This document shows positions 29,288 to 38,664 of a DNA stretch of 64,000 bases, in pieces. The notes under the pieces are model-generated. The model was not told the DNA's origin and made no database searches. It saw only the letters and a program-made list of their open reading frames with translations. The first letter of the stretch is position 1; each line of letters begins with the position of its first letter. This stretch comes from a plasmid: sequence record NZ_CP090008.1. One strand, given 5' to 3'. The translations under genes were made by a program, and so were the position numbers.

Positions 29288-29500
29288 TACATTATTTTTG
29301 TACTATAGTAATGACACAAATAAAAAATATAATTTGCAAGTAAAAATCTATATTTTCTTTAATTTCTTTGGCTTTTCCCTAACTTATATTCTTATTTTTG
29401 GTACAATAGGGGCAAGTATATTCGACCTGAAGGGGGATTATTTTGAATATTTTAGCAACAGAAATCGGAATAAGGAAATTGATACAATAGTATACAAAGA

Positions 29501-29534
29501 AAGCCTTGGAAACAGCTGTTTCCAAGGCTTTTTA
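29501..29534. terminator. hairpin aagccttggaaa-cagctg-tttccaaggctt + TTTT
   Basis: Perfect 12-bp stem; a related hairpin (cccttggaaacttttgttccaagg) recurs at 32314-32336. Confidence 0.5.
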
Positions 29535-29869
29535 GCTGTCATTAGCTACACGGACAAGGTCGTTGGTGATGATGCGTTTTTATGGAGATACCCTTGATTT
29601 GTAAATCGTTAAATTGTATGTTATCAATGGTAATTCCTATAAATATAATTAAGTAATAATGGATGAAATCACTTAGAGTCATTGATTTCAATCGTATTAA
29701 GAGGCTGTACATATAAAAATGCAGCTACTTTCATAAAGTTTCACATAGACCTTATAGGTAAAATGAAACAATTATATATCGATTAAGTTTAGAATGGTTA
29801 TCCAGTTATTCTCCTATTTGACAACTAATCTAAAAAATGTCATAATTGGTTTTATATTAGGAGGTATAA

Positions 29870-30337
29870 ATGGCAGAAAATATAAAAAACTGGGTTAATG
29901 TGTGTGTAGTAAAAAACAATAAAATTCTTTTACTTAATAGACAACATGATGATTTTCCTGGATGGATTCCTCCAGGTGGGAAAGTAGAGTTTCCTGAAAG
30001 TTTCTTTGAAGCTGCTATTCGAGAATTAAAAGAGGAGACTGGTCTAACTGCTTTAAATTTAAAATTAAAAGGTATTTCTGGATTTACCAATACTATTGGT
30101 AACGAAAGGTTCGTATACTACGATTTTTTGTGTACAAATTTTTCTGGAGATATTCGTGCTTCTAGAGAAGGAGAACCTAAATGGTGGAATTTAGAAGATA
30201 TTGAAGAAATATCTATGCAAGAAGAAATTAAAAATAGGTTGCCCCTTTACTTACGTGAAGGAAGTTTTGAAAGTATTAATTACTGGGATGAGTCAAAAAA
30301 ATGTATTAGCCATAATAAAACAATTTTGTTTGATTAA
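29870..30337 (+). CDS. NUDIX hydrolase (MutT-like)
   Basis: Nudix box GGKVEFPESFFEAAIRELKEETGL. Confidence 0.75.
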   Translation: MAENIKNWVNVCVVKNNKILLLNRQHDDFPGWIPPGGKVEFPESFFEAAIRELKEETGLTALNLKLKGISGFTNTIGNERFVYYDFLCTNFSGDIRASREGEPKWWNLEDIEEISMQEEIKNRLPLYLREGSFESINYWDESKKCISHNKTILFD

Positions 30338-30463
30338 ACTTTTTTGATTTGTATAAATAAATATTCTACATCTAGCTATTCAGCTAGGGGTTATTAGCAC
30401 GAATTGAATAAACTATTCGCTACTATATCTCCTATCTTAAATTCATTTATTACTTAAAATTTT

Positions 30464-30995
30464 GGCTCTATAATTTCTGTAGTAGGTAAAACCACTGTAG
30501 GAATTATGGAGTCTATGTTTTTGTAGAAAAAAAGCCCCATAAGACCTATAATGAAAAAGTGGCCAAACCCTCATTAGAAAGAATCTTATGGAACAATTAA
30601 ATTTTATCACAAACATACTTGGAATTAATGACAAAAATATTTTTATCTTAGATTATCTTGATGCTGGAACGCATAAAGAAGTCATTGCTAAGCTCGATTA
30701 TCCTGCCTCTAAATGTCTCAACTGTCAAGGACAAATGGCTAAATATGACTTTCAAAAAGAATCCAAAATCCCCTACCTCGAATGTGCTGGCTACAAGACT
30801 CTCATTCGATTGAGAAAACGCCGTTTCCGCTGTAAAGACTGTGGAAAACATACTAAGATTAGTAGTGAAGAAATCTCCGATGGGAGAGAGTACTCACTAC
30901 TTTTTCTTTATGTTAAAGTAGTGGTGTCTTGTAAAGTCGTAGGGCTCTATGGCGCTAGACGTCGCTTGACAAACTGGCAAGACACCTTGTTTTAG
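30464..30995 (+). mobile_element. ISL3-family IS left end + truncated transposase (N-terminal 90 aa only)
   Basis: GGCTCTATAATTTCTGTAGTAGGTAAAAC terminal repeat; ORF 30588 N-terminus MEQLNFITNILGI...CLNCQGQMAKYDFQKESKIPYLECAGYKTLIRLRKRRFRCKDCGK is the ISL3 zinc-finger N-domain, then frame decays. Confidence 0.7.
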
Positions 30996-31091
30996 GTGGA
31001 GTTTGATCAAAGTATGTGGGACGCTAAACGTCGCGTATTGAAAATATAATCACTAAAACATGGAATTATTCAAGACAAAAGAGGTAATGTC

Positions 31092-32015
31092 ATGCGTGCA
31101 GTATTTGGAATTGATGTAAGTAAAACAAGCTCTGAGGTGGCCATTTTAGTCAACAGTAAGAAGATTAATGGCTACACCATACTCAATGATGCCATTGGGT
31201 TCAATCGCCTGTTGGGCGACTTGAAAACTGTTCATAAACCAACTTACGTGCAGGAAGAAGTTTATCAACACCTGCGTGATTTAAGCCGTTTCTATCAAAA
31301 TATGACAGAAGATCTTGTTCAAACTAAAAACTGTCTGCACAAGGTCCTACAAGTCACCTTTCCTGAATTGGAAAATCTATTATCCACCCCTACTGGAGAG
31401 CAATATTGGAACTTAGTGATGGCTTTTCCATGCAAAGAGTTTATATTAAGCTTATCTCAAAGTAACTTGTGTGAGATTATCCGTCAATCTACCTCCAAAC
31501 GCATCTCTGAAAAGCGTATTGCTTACCTGACTGATAAACTTATAAAACTTGCTAAACAATCTCTTTGTGCGGTCAAGAAAACCTCTCCAATGCTTGAAGA
31601 GGTTCGTTACTATGCTCAAGAATTGCTTCGTCTTTCTGAACGCAGACAAGTTGTCTTAAACGACATGGTAGCTCTAGCTCAGCCTTTACCAGAATATGAC
31701 ATCTTACGGTCAATTCCTGACATCGCAGAAATCACAGCGACATCTATCATTGGCGAATTGGAAGATATTCGTCGCTTTCAGTCTACCAATCAAATCAACG
31801 CTTTTATTGGCATTGACCTGAGACACTATGAATCTGGGAACTTTCTCGCCAAGGAACACATCACTAAACGAGGTAATCCCTATGTCAGAAAAATCTTGTT
31901 CAAGTGCATTCACAACATCGCTTCAGCTAGTCATACCAATCCTTGTCATATCCCAGATTTCTATGAGAAATGTATTACCTCATTACGCATAACAAACTTT
32001 ACGATTACTCTTTGA
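31092..32015 (+). mobile_element. IS110-family transposase (possibly C-terminally truncated, 307 aa)
   Basis: MRAVFGIDVSK N-terminus and DEDD-type N-domain typical of IS110; shorter than usual ~400 aa. Confidence 0.65.
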
Positions 32016-32253
32016 CCCAAAATCGATAAGGTTGTCTATGCCGTATTATTGTAGCACCTTGTTTCAAACAAATACCAGATGAGGTGTTTTTTAGCATGCC
32101 CTTTTATGGATCAAAAAGTGTTAAAAATAAGACAGTAACCTCAGAATAGCTACTGTCTTATCTCTTTTTTTACTTAAAGCCTTGATAGACTTGACAAATG
32201 GTAGAAAAGAGTCGTTTTTCTTTGTGAAACATAGGGAACACCTCACAACTCTT

Positions 32254-32289
32254 CTTATCTCTATTCTTATCTCTATTCTTATCTCTATT
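32254..32289. repeat. 12-bp tandem repeat x3 (CTTATCTCTATT)
   Basis: Direct reading. Confidence 0.8.
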
Positions 32290-32542
32290 ATACGACTTTA
32301 CACAAAGAAAAGCCCTTGGAAACTTTTGTTCCAAGGACTTTGTCTTCAATCTGAGGCCTTGATGATCAATGCTTTTTATATTGCTCAAAAGTCATTCAAC
32401 TTTTATAAGCAAATAATATACTCCACTTATTGTGAGAGTGTGCATGAATATTTAAAGGATTAGAATGTGACATATGTGGGACTTGTTTTGAAATTAATAA
32501 AATATGATAATTAATACAAGATAACTGAAGGAAGAAAAAATA

Positions 32543-32773
32543 ATGAATGGGATAGGTTATATACTTAGGAGGTTACGGAAAGAAAAAGGGATTACACAGA
32601 GAGTTATCTATACAAATCTTTGTAGTCGAAAGCAACTTTCTAGGATAGAAAATAATACATCTTTCCCATCAGTATATCTTTTATATCATATTTGCCAAAG
32701 ATTAGAAGTGACAATAGATGAAGTTATCAAATTAACATTAGAAGGAGAAAGTAATGGCAATCAGCACAAGTGA
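32543..32773 (+). CDS. short XRE/Rgg-like HTH transcriptional regulator (76 aa)
   Basis: ILRRLRKEKGITQRVIYTNLCSRKQLSRIENNTSFPSVYLLYHICQRLEV; overlaps start of QueA-like gene. Confidence 0.6.
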   Translation: MNGIGYILRRLRKEKGITQRVIYTNLCSRKQLSRIENNTSFPSVYLLYHICQRLEVTIDEVIKLTLEGESNGNQHK

Positions 32774-33800
32774 ATTAAAGTATGAATTACCGGTCGAATT
32801 AGCTGCTCGACAACCTATAGAACTGACATCGAGTAGAAGGGATGGAACTAGATTAATAGTAGGTTTTAAAAACTCTCAAAAAATCATTGATGATGTTTTT
32901 ACAAATTTTACTAACTATATAAATTCAGGAGACTTACTTATTTTAAATAATAGTAAAACAATTTCACCAATTTTTTATGCATATTCCGATAAATATGGAG
33001 AGGTGAAATTTCATATTAAGACTAAGACTGATTTAGGATATGTATCATATATCAGAATTAGAGAAGATTTAAAAGATAAAATTATTGGTGAGAACTTTAT
33101 TGTAACTGATGAAATAGAAGTATCTGTAAATAAACGAACTGAAGGCGATGAATTTTTGTGTAGTTTTAATTGTTCTGAAGAGGATTTGTATAACTATTTA
33201 TTAATTAATGGTGAGGCAGTGAAATCAATTTATACAAAGAAAAAATGGTCAATTGATTATTATCAAAATGAAGTTGCAAATAAATTAGGATCTTTTGAAA
33301 ACCCAGCAGCGAGTCGGCACTTTACTAATAAAATGTTAAATATTTTACGTGAAAAAGGGGTAAGAATCGCGTATATTACTTTAAATTGTGCTTCGGTTGA
33401 TACAAAAATTTTTGAGGATATTATAGAGAAACATGTTGTTTTTAAGGAATACTATGAGATCCCCGAAGAAACAGTAAGATTAATTCAAGAAACAAAATTA
33501 AACGGTAATAAGGTGTTTGCGGTTGGAACTACAGTTATTAGGACTTTAGAAAGCTGTAATTATGATAATTTCAGAATTACTTCCCCTTTAAAAAATTATA
33601 CTGATTTATATATTCATCCTGGACATAATTTTAAAGTAACAGATGCTTTAATTACAAATTTTCATGGATCAATGACTAGTAGACTTGCTCTTTCTGCAGC
33701 TGCAATTGGTGTGGATAATATTATGAATTTATACAAACATGCAATCGAAGAAAAATATTTATTTTATGAGTTTGGGGATGCGAATTTATTATTCATGTAG
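32754..33800 (+). CDS. QueA-like S-adenosylmethionine:ribosyltransferase-isomerase paralog
   Basis: Collinear with QueA: YELPVELAARQP..., GDLLILNNSKTI, VGTTVIRTLES (QueA VGTTSTRTLE), ITNFHGSMTSRLALSAA, YKHAIEEKYLFYEFGDANLLF (QueA YxHAxEExYRFFSFGDAMLI). Confidence 0.75.
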   Translation: MAISTSELKYELPVELAARQPIELTSSRRDGTRLIVGFKNSQKIIDDVFTNFTNYINSGDLLILNNSKTISPIFYAYSDKYGEVKFHIKTKTDLGYVSYIRIREDLKDKIIGENFIVTDEIEVSVNKRTEGDEFLCSFNCSEEDLYNYLLINGEAVKSIYTKKKWSIDYYQNEVANKLGSFENPAASRHFTNKMLNILREKGVRIAYITLNCASVDTKIFEDIIEKHVVFKEYYEIPEETVRLIQETKLNGNKVFAVGTTVIRTLESCNYDNFRITSPLKNYTDLYIHPGHNFKVTDALITNFHGSMTSRLALSAAAIGVDNIMNLYKHAIEEKYLFYEFGDANLLFM

Positions 33801-33831
33801 TTTAGTAAATAACTAGAAAGGGGGTGATGAT

Positions 33832-33906
33832 ATGAAGAAGTTGACATTGAAAGAACTGGTTGATAAAAATAATGATTTGCTCTCACGTTGCACAATCAAT
33901 AAATAA
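33832..33906 (+). CDS. candidate 24-aa precursor peptide MKKLTLKELVDKNNDLLSRCTINK
   Basis: Strong RBS AAAGGGGGTG 6 nt upstream; located between QueA-like and PqqD-like genes. Confidence 0.4.
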   Translation: MKKLTLKELVDKNNDLLSRCTINK

Positions 33907-33972
33907 TTAACCACGGAAAAATCCAATGAAGAATGATATTATTTCTTCATTGGAGTTTATTTTGGAGGGCTT

Positions 33973-34239
33973 ATGCTTTATAAAGTTAATCGAGACGTAG
34001 AAATAACAGAAGAAAATGGATATCAAGTTATTCATAGATATTCAGATGATTCGTATTTTTCCTTAGAAAATGATACTTTGTTTATTTTATTGAGTTATAA
34101 TGGTTTAAATAAATTGCAAGATATTGCAAAAAGCTTTGCAAAATATAAAGGAATTTCTAATAACAAAGCTTTAGAATACGTAGAACAAATCCAAAAATAT
34201 TTAGTTTCAGAAGGAATAATTGTCATAGATGAGAACTAA
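33973..34239 (+). CDS. PqqD-like (RiPP recognition element) protein
   Basis: 88 aa; ...FSLENDTLFILLSYNGLNKLQDIAKSFAKYKGISNNKALEYVEQIQKYLVSEGIIV matches PqqD pattern. Confidence 0.55.
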   Translation: MLYKVNRDVEITEENGYQVIHRYSDDSYFSLENDTLFILLSYNGLNKLQDIAKSFAKYKGISNNKALEYVEQIQKYLVSEGIIVIDEN

Positions 34240-35095
34240 ATCTAAGTTATTTAATAATATAGCAGAAGATAATATAGACTCCCTTTATGTACAATTGTGT
34301 AATTTAATATATAAAAATGGTAAAGTTGTAATTTCGAGAGGCATGGAGGTAAAAGAATTAATTGGGGTTAACTTAATTTTAACTAATCCCAAAAGACGCT
34401 TTTTAGAAAATGCCAACAGAAAATTAAAACTATACTACGCTATTGGAGAATTCATATGGTATATGAGGGGGAGTAATAGTTTAGAGGAAATTCAGTATTA
34501 TGCCCCTAGCATGTCACAGTTTTCTGATGATGGTTCTATTCTTCAAGGAGCTTATGGACCTAAGATTGTAACTCAAATCGATAAATTGATTACACTGCTA
34601 AGACATGACAAGGGGACTCGTAGGGCAGTTTTACCTATTTATTCTGCGAGTGAATTAGGTAAAGATAGTAAAGATATCCCATGCACACTCACATTAGAGT
34701 TTTTGATTCGAGCTAATAAGCTTCATCTCATTGTCAATATGAGATCAAACGACATATTTTTGGGGCTTCCGTATGATATTTTTTCTTTCACAATGATTCA
34801 GGAATACATTGCAAATAAGATAGGTCTAAATTTAGGATATTATTATCATAATATCGGAAGCTTACATGTCTATAAGAAACATTTTGATAGAATAAAAGAA
34901 ATATCAACTATGAATATACATAAAACATCAGAATTCAATAACTCAAATTTAATCTTTAAAAATTTAAGTGATTTGTTAAACATTGAAAAATCAATTAGAA
35001 ACGGAAGTCCATACAATATGAGCAAGGAATTACTTAATAATTCGGATTTCAATAGAATAAAGATTGAACTAGAGAAATATAAGGATAGTAGGTGA
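34229..35095 (+). CDS. thymidylate synthase-fold pyrimidine-nucleotide hydroxymethylase/methylase-like enzyme
   Basis: LKLYYAIGEFIWYMRGS (ThyA WKGVLEELLWFLKGS), RRAVLPIYSASELGKDSKDIPCTLTLEFLIRANKLHLIVNMRSNDIFLGLPYDIFSFTMIQEYIA (ThyA RRIIMSAWNP...PPCHALCQFYV...[25 protein letters not shown]); catalytic Cys retained. Confidence 0.7.
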   Translation: MRTKSKLFNNIAEDNIDSLYVQLCNLIYKNGKVVISRGMEVKELIGVNLILTNPKRRFLENANRKLKLYYAIGEFIWYMRGSNSLEEIQYYAPSMSQFSDDGSILQGAYGPKIVTQIDKLITLLRHDKGTRRAVLPIYSASELGKDSKDIPCTLTLEFLIRANKLHLIVNMRSNDIFLGLPYDIFSFTMIQEYIANKIGLNLGYYYHNIGSLHVYKKHFDRIKEISTMNIHKTSEFNNSNLIFKNLSDLLNIEKSIRNGSPYNMSKELLNNSDFNRIKIELEKYKDSR

Positions 35096-35098
35096 GAA

Positions 35099-35683
35099 AT
35101 GTCTATCGGAAAACTAATCTATATATGTGGAATTGATGGTTCTGGGAAAACAACATTAGCCAAGAATCTTTCTAATCATTTTGGTGATAAATCAATATTT
35201 TTGCCATTAAATAATTCAAAAAGATTCATTAATGAAATTGATAGTTTCTGTAAAGAGTATAATACAGACAGGTGGAGTATATTTTCAGAATATTTTAGGG
35301 GAAATATTTGGGCGTTAGAGCTAGTTTATTTTTGTGAAAATATTTTAAAACCCGCTCTAAAAAAGTACGAATATGTATTCATCGATAGATATTATATATG
35401 TAATGCTATATATTCTAATTTATTAGTCACTAATAAGTTGGTTAATAGACTGCATGAATTACTGATTAAACCAGACATGGTTTTTTATATCAATATTAAT
35501 CCAGAGATCGCTTTTGAAAGAATTTTAAAAAGGAATGAGCAAAAAACGCCGAAAGAAAGTTTGGACAATTTAAAATTAGCTTCTGATTTATATTCAAGAT
35601 ATCTTGAAGATAAAAGTTATTATGAATTAGACGGAGAGAAGTCAGAGAATCAAATTTTAAAGTCTGTATTACAAATTATTTAG
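35099..35683 (+). CDS. dTMP-kinase-like P-loop nucleotide kinase
   Basis: LIYICGIDGSGKTTLAKNL (Tmk Walker A GIDGxGKTT); 194 aa. Confidence 0.65.
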   Translation: MSIGKLIYICGIDGSGKTTLAKNLSNHFGDKSIFLPLNNSKRFINEIDSFCKEYNTDRWSIFSEYFRGNIWALELVYFCENILKPALKKYEYVFIDRYYICNAIYSNLLVTNKLVNRLHELLIKPDMVFYININPEIAFERILKRNEQKTPKESLDNLKLASDLYSRYLEDKSYYELDGEKSENQILKSVLQII

Positions 35684-35699
35684 AATTTAGGATTAAGAT

Positions 35700-36689
35700 A
35701 TGAAATTTGAAACAGTACTAGATTTTTATATATACTATTTGGAAATCCTTCTGAAAAGGGAAAAAAATCATACTAAAGTTGTCCCATTTTCGGAGATAGC
35801 TAATAAAGTCGAGGTTTTCAACAATAGTATTGAGATTGTTCAAGGAACTCATAGTAATATGCTATTTAGTAGATCTGAATTTAATTATAATGTAGTGCAT
35901 ATGCTATATTCTTTGAGTGGGAGAACAGATTCATATATATTAAAAAAATATAAAAGTTCATATTGGCGATATTCGAATGAGGGATTTTATGTCAATACAA
36001 TTGGGGAGCGGTTATATACTTTATATGGTAATCAAATTAAACGTTGTGTAAATTTTTTAAAAGAAAATATTTATACGTCAGATGCCGTTTGTTTTATGAA
36101 ATCTTTTGAAAATGAAAATATTGAATGTACTCTAAATCTTCATTTTTATTATAGAGATAATCGATTAAATTTGGAGTTATCATATAAAGGTTCTAGTTTA
36201 TTAGAGTATACTAACTCCGATCTATTTATTTATTCTTCTTTACTTTCATTAATGAGCCATTGGTTAGATGTGGAACCTGGAAGTTTATTTTTAAAATGTC
36301 ACTCGATTTTTATTTCAGAAAATGATCTAGAAAGAGCTAAGAAACTATTAGAAATTGGTAAATCGTTGAGAAATATTGGTATTTCAATGAATCATAGGTT
36401 TTCATCCAGTATTGAAACTTATCGTTCAGAATTTTCTGAAGCTATCAATAGAATAATTGCTTGGGATACTGTTGATATTACTCAGAGAGTTTCTGAGGAA
36501 TTAGAGTATATAAAAAAGTATTTTACTCCATATATTCAAGACTTGTTACTTATTCTTTTAGCGGATAGATTTCATCAAACTGATAGTGATTATAAAATAG
36601 TATTGAGTCAGCTCTCAGATAGGTCAATTGGGAAATTTAAGGAAACAATTGATAAAATACAATTTAATAAATTATTAGAGGTAATTTAA
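35700..36689 (+). CDS. second thymidylate synthase-fold paralog
   Basis: SDAVCFMKSFENENIECTLNLHFYYRDNRLNLELSYKGSSLLEYTNSDLFIYSSLLSLMSHWLDVEPGSLFLKCHSIFI aligns to ThyA C-terminal half incl. catalytic Cys position. Confidence 0.55.
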   Translation: MKFETVLDFYIYYLEILLKREKNHTKVVPFSEIANKVEVFNNSIEIVQGTHSNMLFSRSEFNYNVVHMLYSLSGRTDSYILKKYKSSYWRYSNEGFYVNTIGERLYTLYGNQIKRCVNFLKENIYTSDAVCFMKSFENENIECTLNLHFYYRDNRLNLELSYKGSSLLEYTNSDLFIYSSLLSLMSHWLDVEPGSLFLKCHSIFISENDLERAKKLLEIGKSLRNIGISMNHRFSSSIETYRSEFSEAINRIIAWDTVDITQRVSEELEYIKKYFTPYIQDLLLILLADRFHQTDSDYKIVLSQLSDRSIGKFKETIDKIQFNKLLEVI

Positions 36690-36691
36690 AT

Positions 36692-36952
36692 TTGATAATT
36701 AAAAAGAGTCTTGCTGCTATACAACGTTCAGTATCAGGAAATGAATTTTTGTTAAATTTACTTACTGATAGGACTTTTCTCCTTAATGAAGTTTCTCTCT
36801 ATATTTGGAGTAATCTTGGAGAATGTAGTACTGAGGAAATAGCTGCAAATTTATCTAAAATGTATAATGAAAAAACCGAGATAATTCAAAATGATGTAGA
36901 TGAAGTTATTAATATTTTACAGGAAGAAGGGTTAATTGAAATTCTGAATTAA
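36692..36952 (+). CDS. PqqD-family RiPP recognition element protein (TTG start)
   Basis: LLNEVSLYIWSNLGECSTEEIAANLSKMYNEKTEIIQNDVDEVINILQEEGLIE = classic PqqD pattern. Confidence 0.65.
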   Translation: MIIKKSLAAIQRSVSGNEFLLNLLTDRTFLLNEVSLYIWSNLGECSTEEIAANLSKMYNEKTEIIQNDVDEVINILQEEGLIEILN

Positions 36953-36970
36953 GAGAGGTGGAGGATATTA

Positions 36971-37657
36971 ATGGCTGAAATTATTTATAGTATGATTGCT
37001 AATGAGATTTCAGAGCAATTGTCAGAGGATAATATTGTAATTTGGAAATCTGAGATGGATGGACTGGGGACCTCATTATCTGATATCGATGCATATTGTA
37101 TCTGCAAGGAAGAAAAAGTAATAAAAAGCTTTGTATATGAAGGGACACCGGTTGATATTGAATATGTGACTTCGGAAAGGCTAAAAGCTAAAATTAATAA
37201 AATTTATCAATACACTAATCATGGTGATATTTATAAAGGATTAGATGAAGATTTGAAATTATTTTACAGATTACAAAGAGGAGAGAAATCAGCTAAATTT
37301 TCATTGATTGGAGTTGAAGTTCCCACACTTGAGGAAATTTCTAAGATTGCAGCACAATATTATTATGAATTATTTTTAGGTCTGTATGAAGATGCTTATA
37401 AAATGTACCATGGGAAAAATAAATTAGATTCTTTTGTCCTTTCCCTAGAGACATTACAAATGTCTATTGCAACTTATTTAGCTAGGGTAGGGAAACCACA
37501 ATTTAAGAAAAAATGGCTATTTAAATATTTTAATATAGTAGCTAACAATTCCCTATATAAAGATTTAATTACACAATTAGAATCAACACAGGAATATGAT
37601 TTAATGGAATTCACAGAGAGTATACTAGTCAATTCAAAAAAGCTTCTAGAAATTTAG
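36971..37657 (+). CDS. Pol-beta superfamily nucleotidyltransferase
   Basis: MDGLGTSLSDIDAYCI (G[SG]x9-13Dx[DE] motif). Confidence 0.55.
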   Translation: MAEIIYSMIANEISEQLSEDNIVIWKSEMDGLGTSLSDIDAYCICKEEKVIKSFVYEGTPVDIEYVTSERLKAKINKIYQYTNHGDIYKGLDEDLKLFYRLQRGEKSAKFSLIGVEVPTLEEISKIAAQYYYELFLGLYEDAYKMYHGKNKLDSFVLSLETLQMSIATYLARVGKPQFKKKWLFKYFNIVANNSLYKDLITQLESTQEYDLMEFTESILVNSKKLLEI

Positions 37658-37857
37658 TATATTGAAAGGAGGTGAGATTATGGTCTATAAAAAACCTATT
37701 GTTGAAGATATTAAATTAAGTGCCTCTGCATTACTTGTATAATATCTTAGTATAAGTCGGAGAGTTGAACAGAATAATTATGTAGTTAATATGACTAACA
37801 GGAAGTATTACTACAAAAAATTCTGTTCAACTTTCCATTTTTTATAGAGTAATAAAA

Positions 37858-38664
37858 ATGAGCAAAATTAGGTATATCATAATAAAGATACTATTACATC
37901 AATTTTACGGAATCAAAAATATAAAATTAATAAATTGTGTTAAAAATATGAATAAAGTTTATATTTTTGAAGATATCAACAAAAAGGTCAAAATGGTTTT
38001 AAAAGTAGAATCTGAAAGAAGAATTAATTCGATCAAGTACCAACATATATTTTCCAATTATGGGATATCGCCAAAAATAATTAAAACTAGAACAGGAAGA
38101 CAGTATATAAAGATTTATAGATTGGTAATATTTGTACAAGAGTATGTAACATCTAGTAAAAGAAAGGTCACTTCAACAGAGATTGTGGGATTTTTAAAAT
38201 ATTTTTACGGAAAAATGGATGAAATAAGAGAATATTTACCCGAAGTTTTGACTACTTATCCATTATATAAGCAAGGCGCATTAAGTAAATGGTTTTATGT
38301 AGTCCATGGTGATTTACGTCCACAAAATATTATCATTACCAGGGATAGTTTTAGCGTGATTGATTTTGAGTATTTAAGTCTAGGAATTCGAGAAACTGAA
38401 ATTCTCAAGTTAATTATAATAATTTGTAAATATCAAAGTAATTTGATTGAATCGCTATATTCTAAATTCTTAGAATCAGACGTAATAGAAATGCATATAG
38501 AGGAGGCGATAAGGGTTCTTTTGTATGATCTTCTTAAATCAAATTTTCCTGAAAAGGTCAAGAATAATATTCCAAAGAATTATTTTTTAGAAATAACTTC
38601 TGAAAGGGAGGCATTAATAAACTTTTGCCATACATATTTAAAAAGAAAGGAATCCCAAAAATGA
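37858..38664 (+). CDS. APH/choline-kinase-like phosphotransferase
   Basis: FYVVHGDLRPQNIIITRDSFSVIDFEY (HGDxxxxN ... IDFE catalytic/Mg motifs). Confidence 0.6.
   Translation: MSKIRYIIIKILLHQFYGIKNIKLINCVKNMNKVYIFEDINKKVKMVLKVESERRINSIKYQHIFSNYGISPKIIKTRTGRQYIKIYRLVIFVQEYVTSSKRKVTSTEIVGFLKYFYGKMDEIREYLPEVLTTYPLYKQGALSKWFYVVHGDLRPQNIIITRDSFSVIDFEYLSLGIRETEILKLIIIICKYQSNLIESLYSKFLESDVIEMHIEEAIRVLLYDLLKSNFPEKVKNNIPKNYFLEITSEREALINFCHTYLKRKESQK

Noticed and set aside
29229-29597. 122-aa plus-strand ORF
   Set aside because: Spans the GntR start region and intergenic DNA; low-complexity F/I/Y-rich translation of AT-rich promoter DNA; no RBS.
32170-32388. 72-aa minus-strand ORF containing NRDKNRDKNRDK
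   Set aside because: It is just the translation of the 12-bp tandem repeat; no RBS; intergenic.
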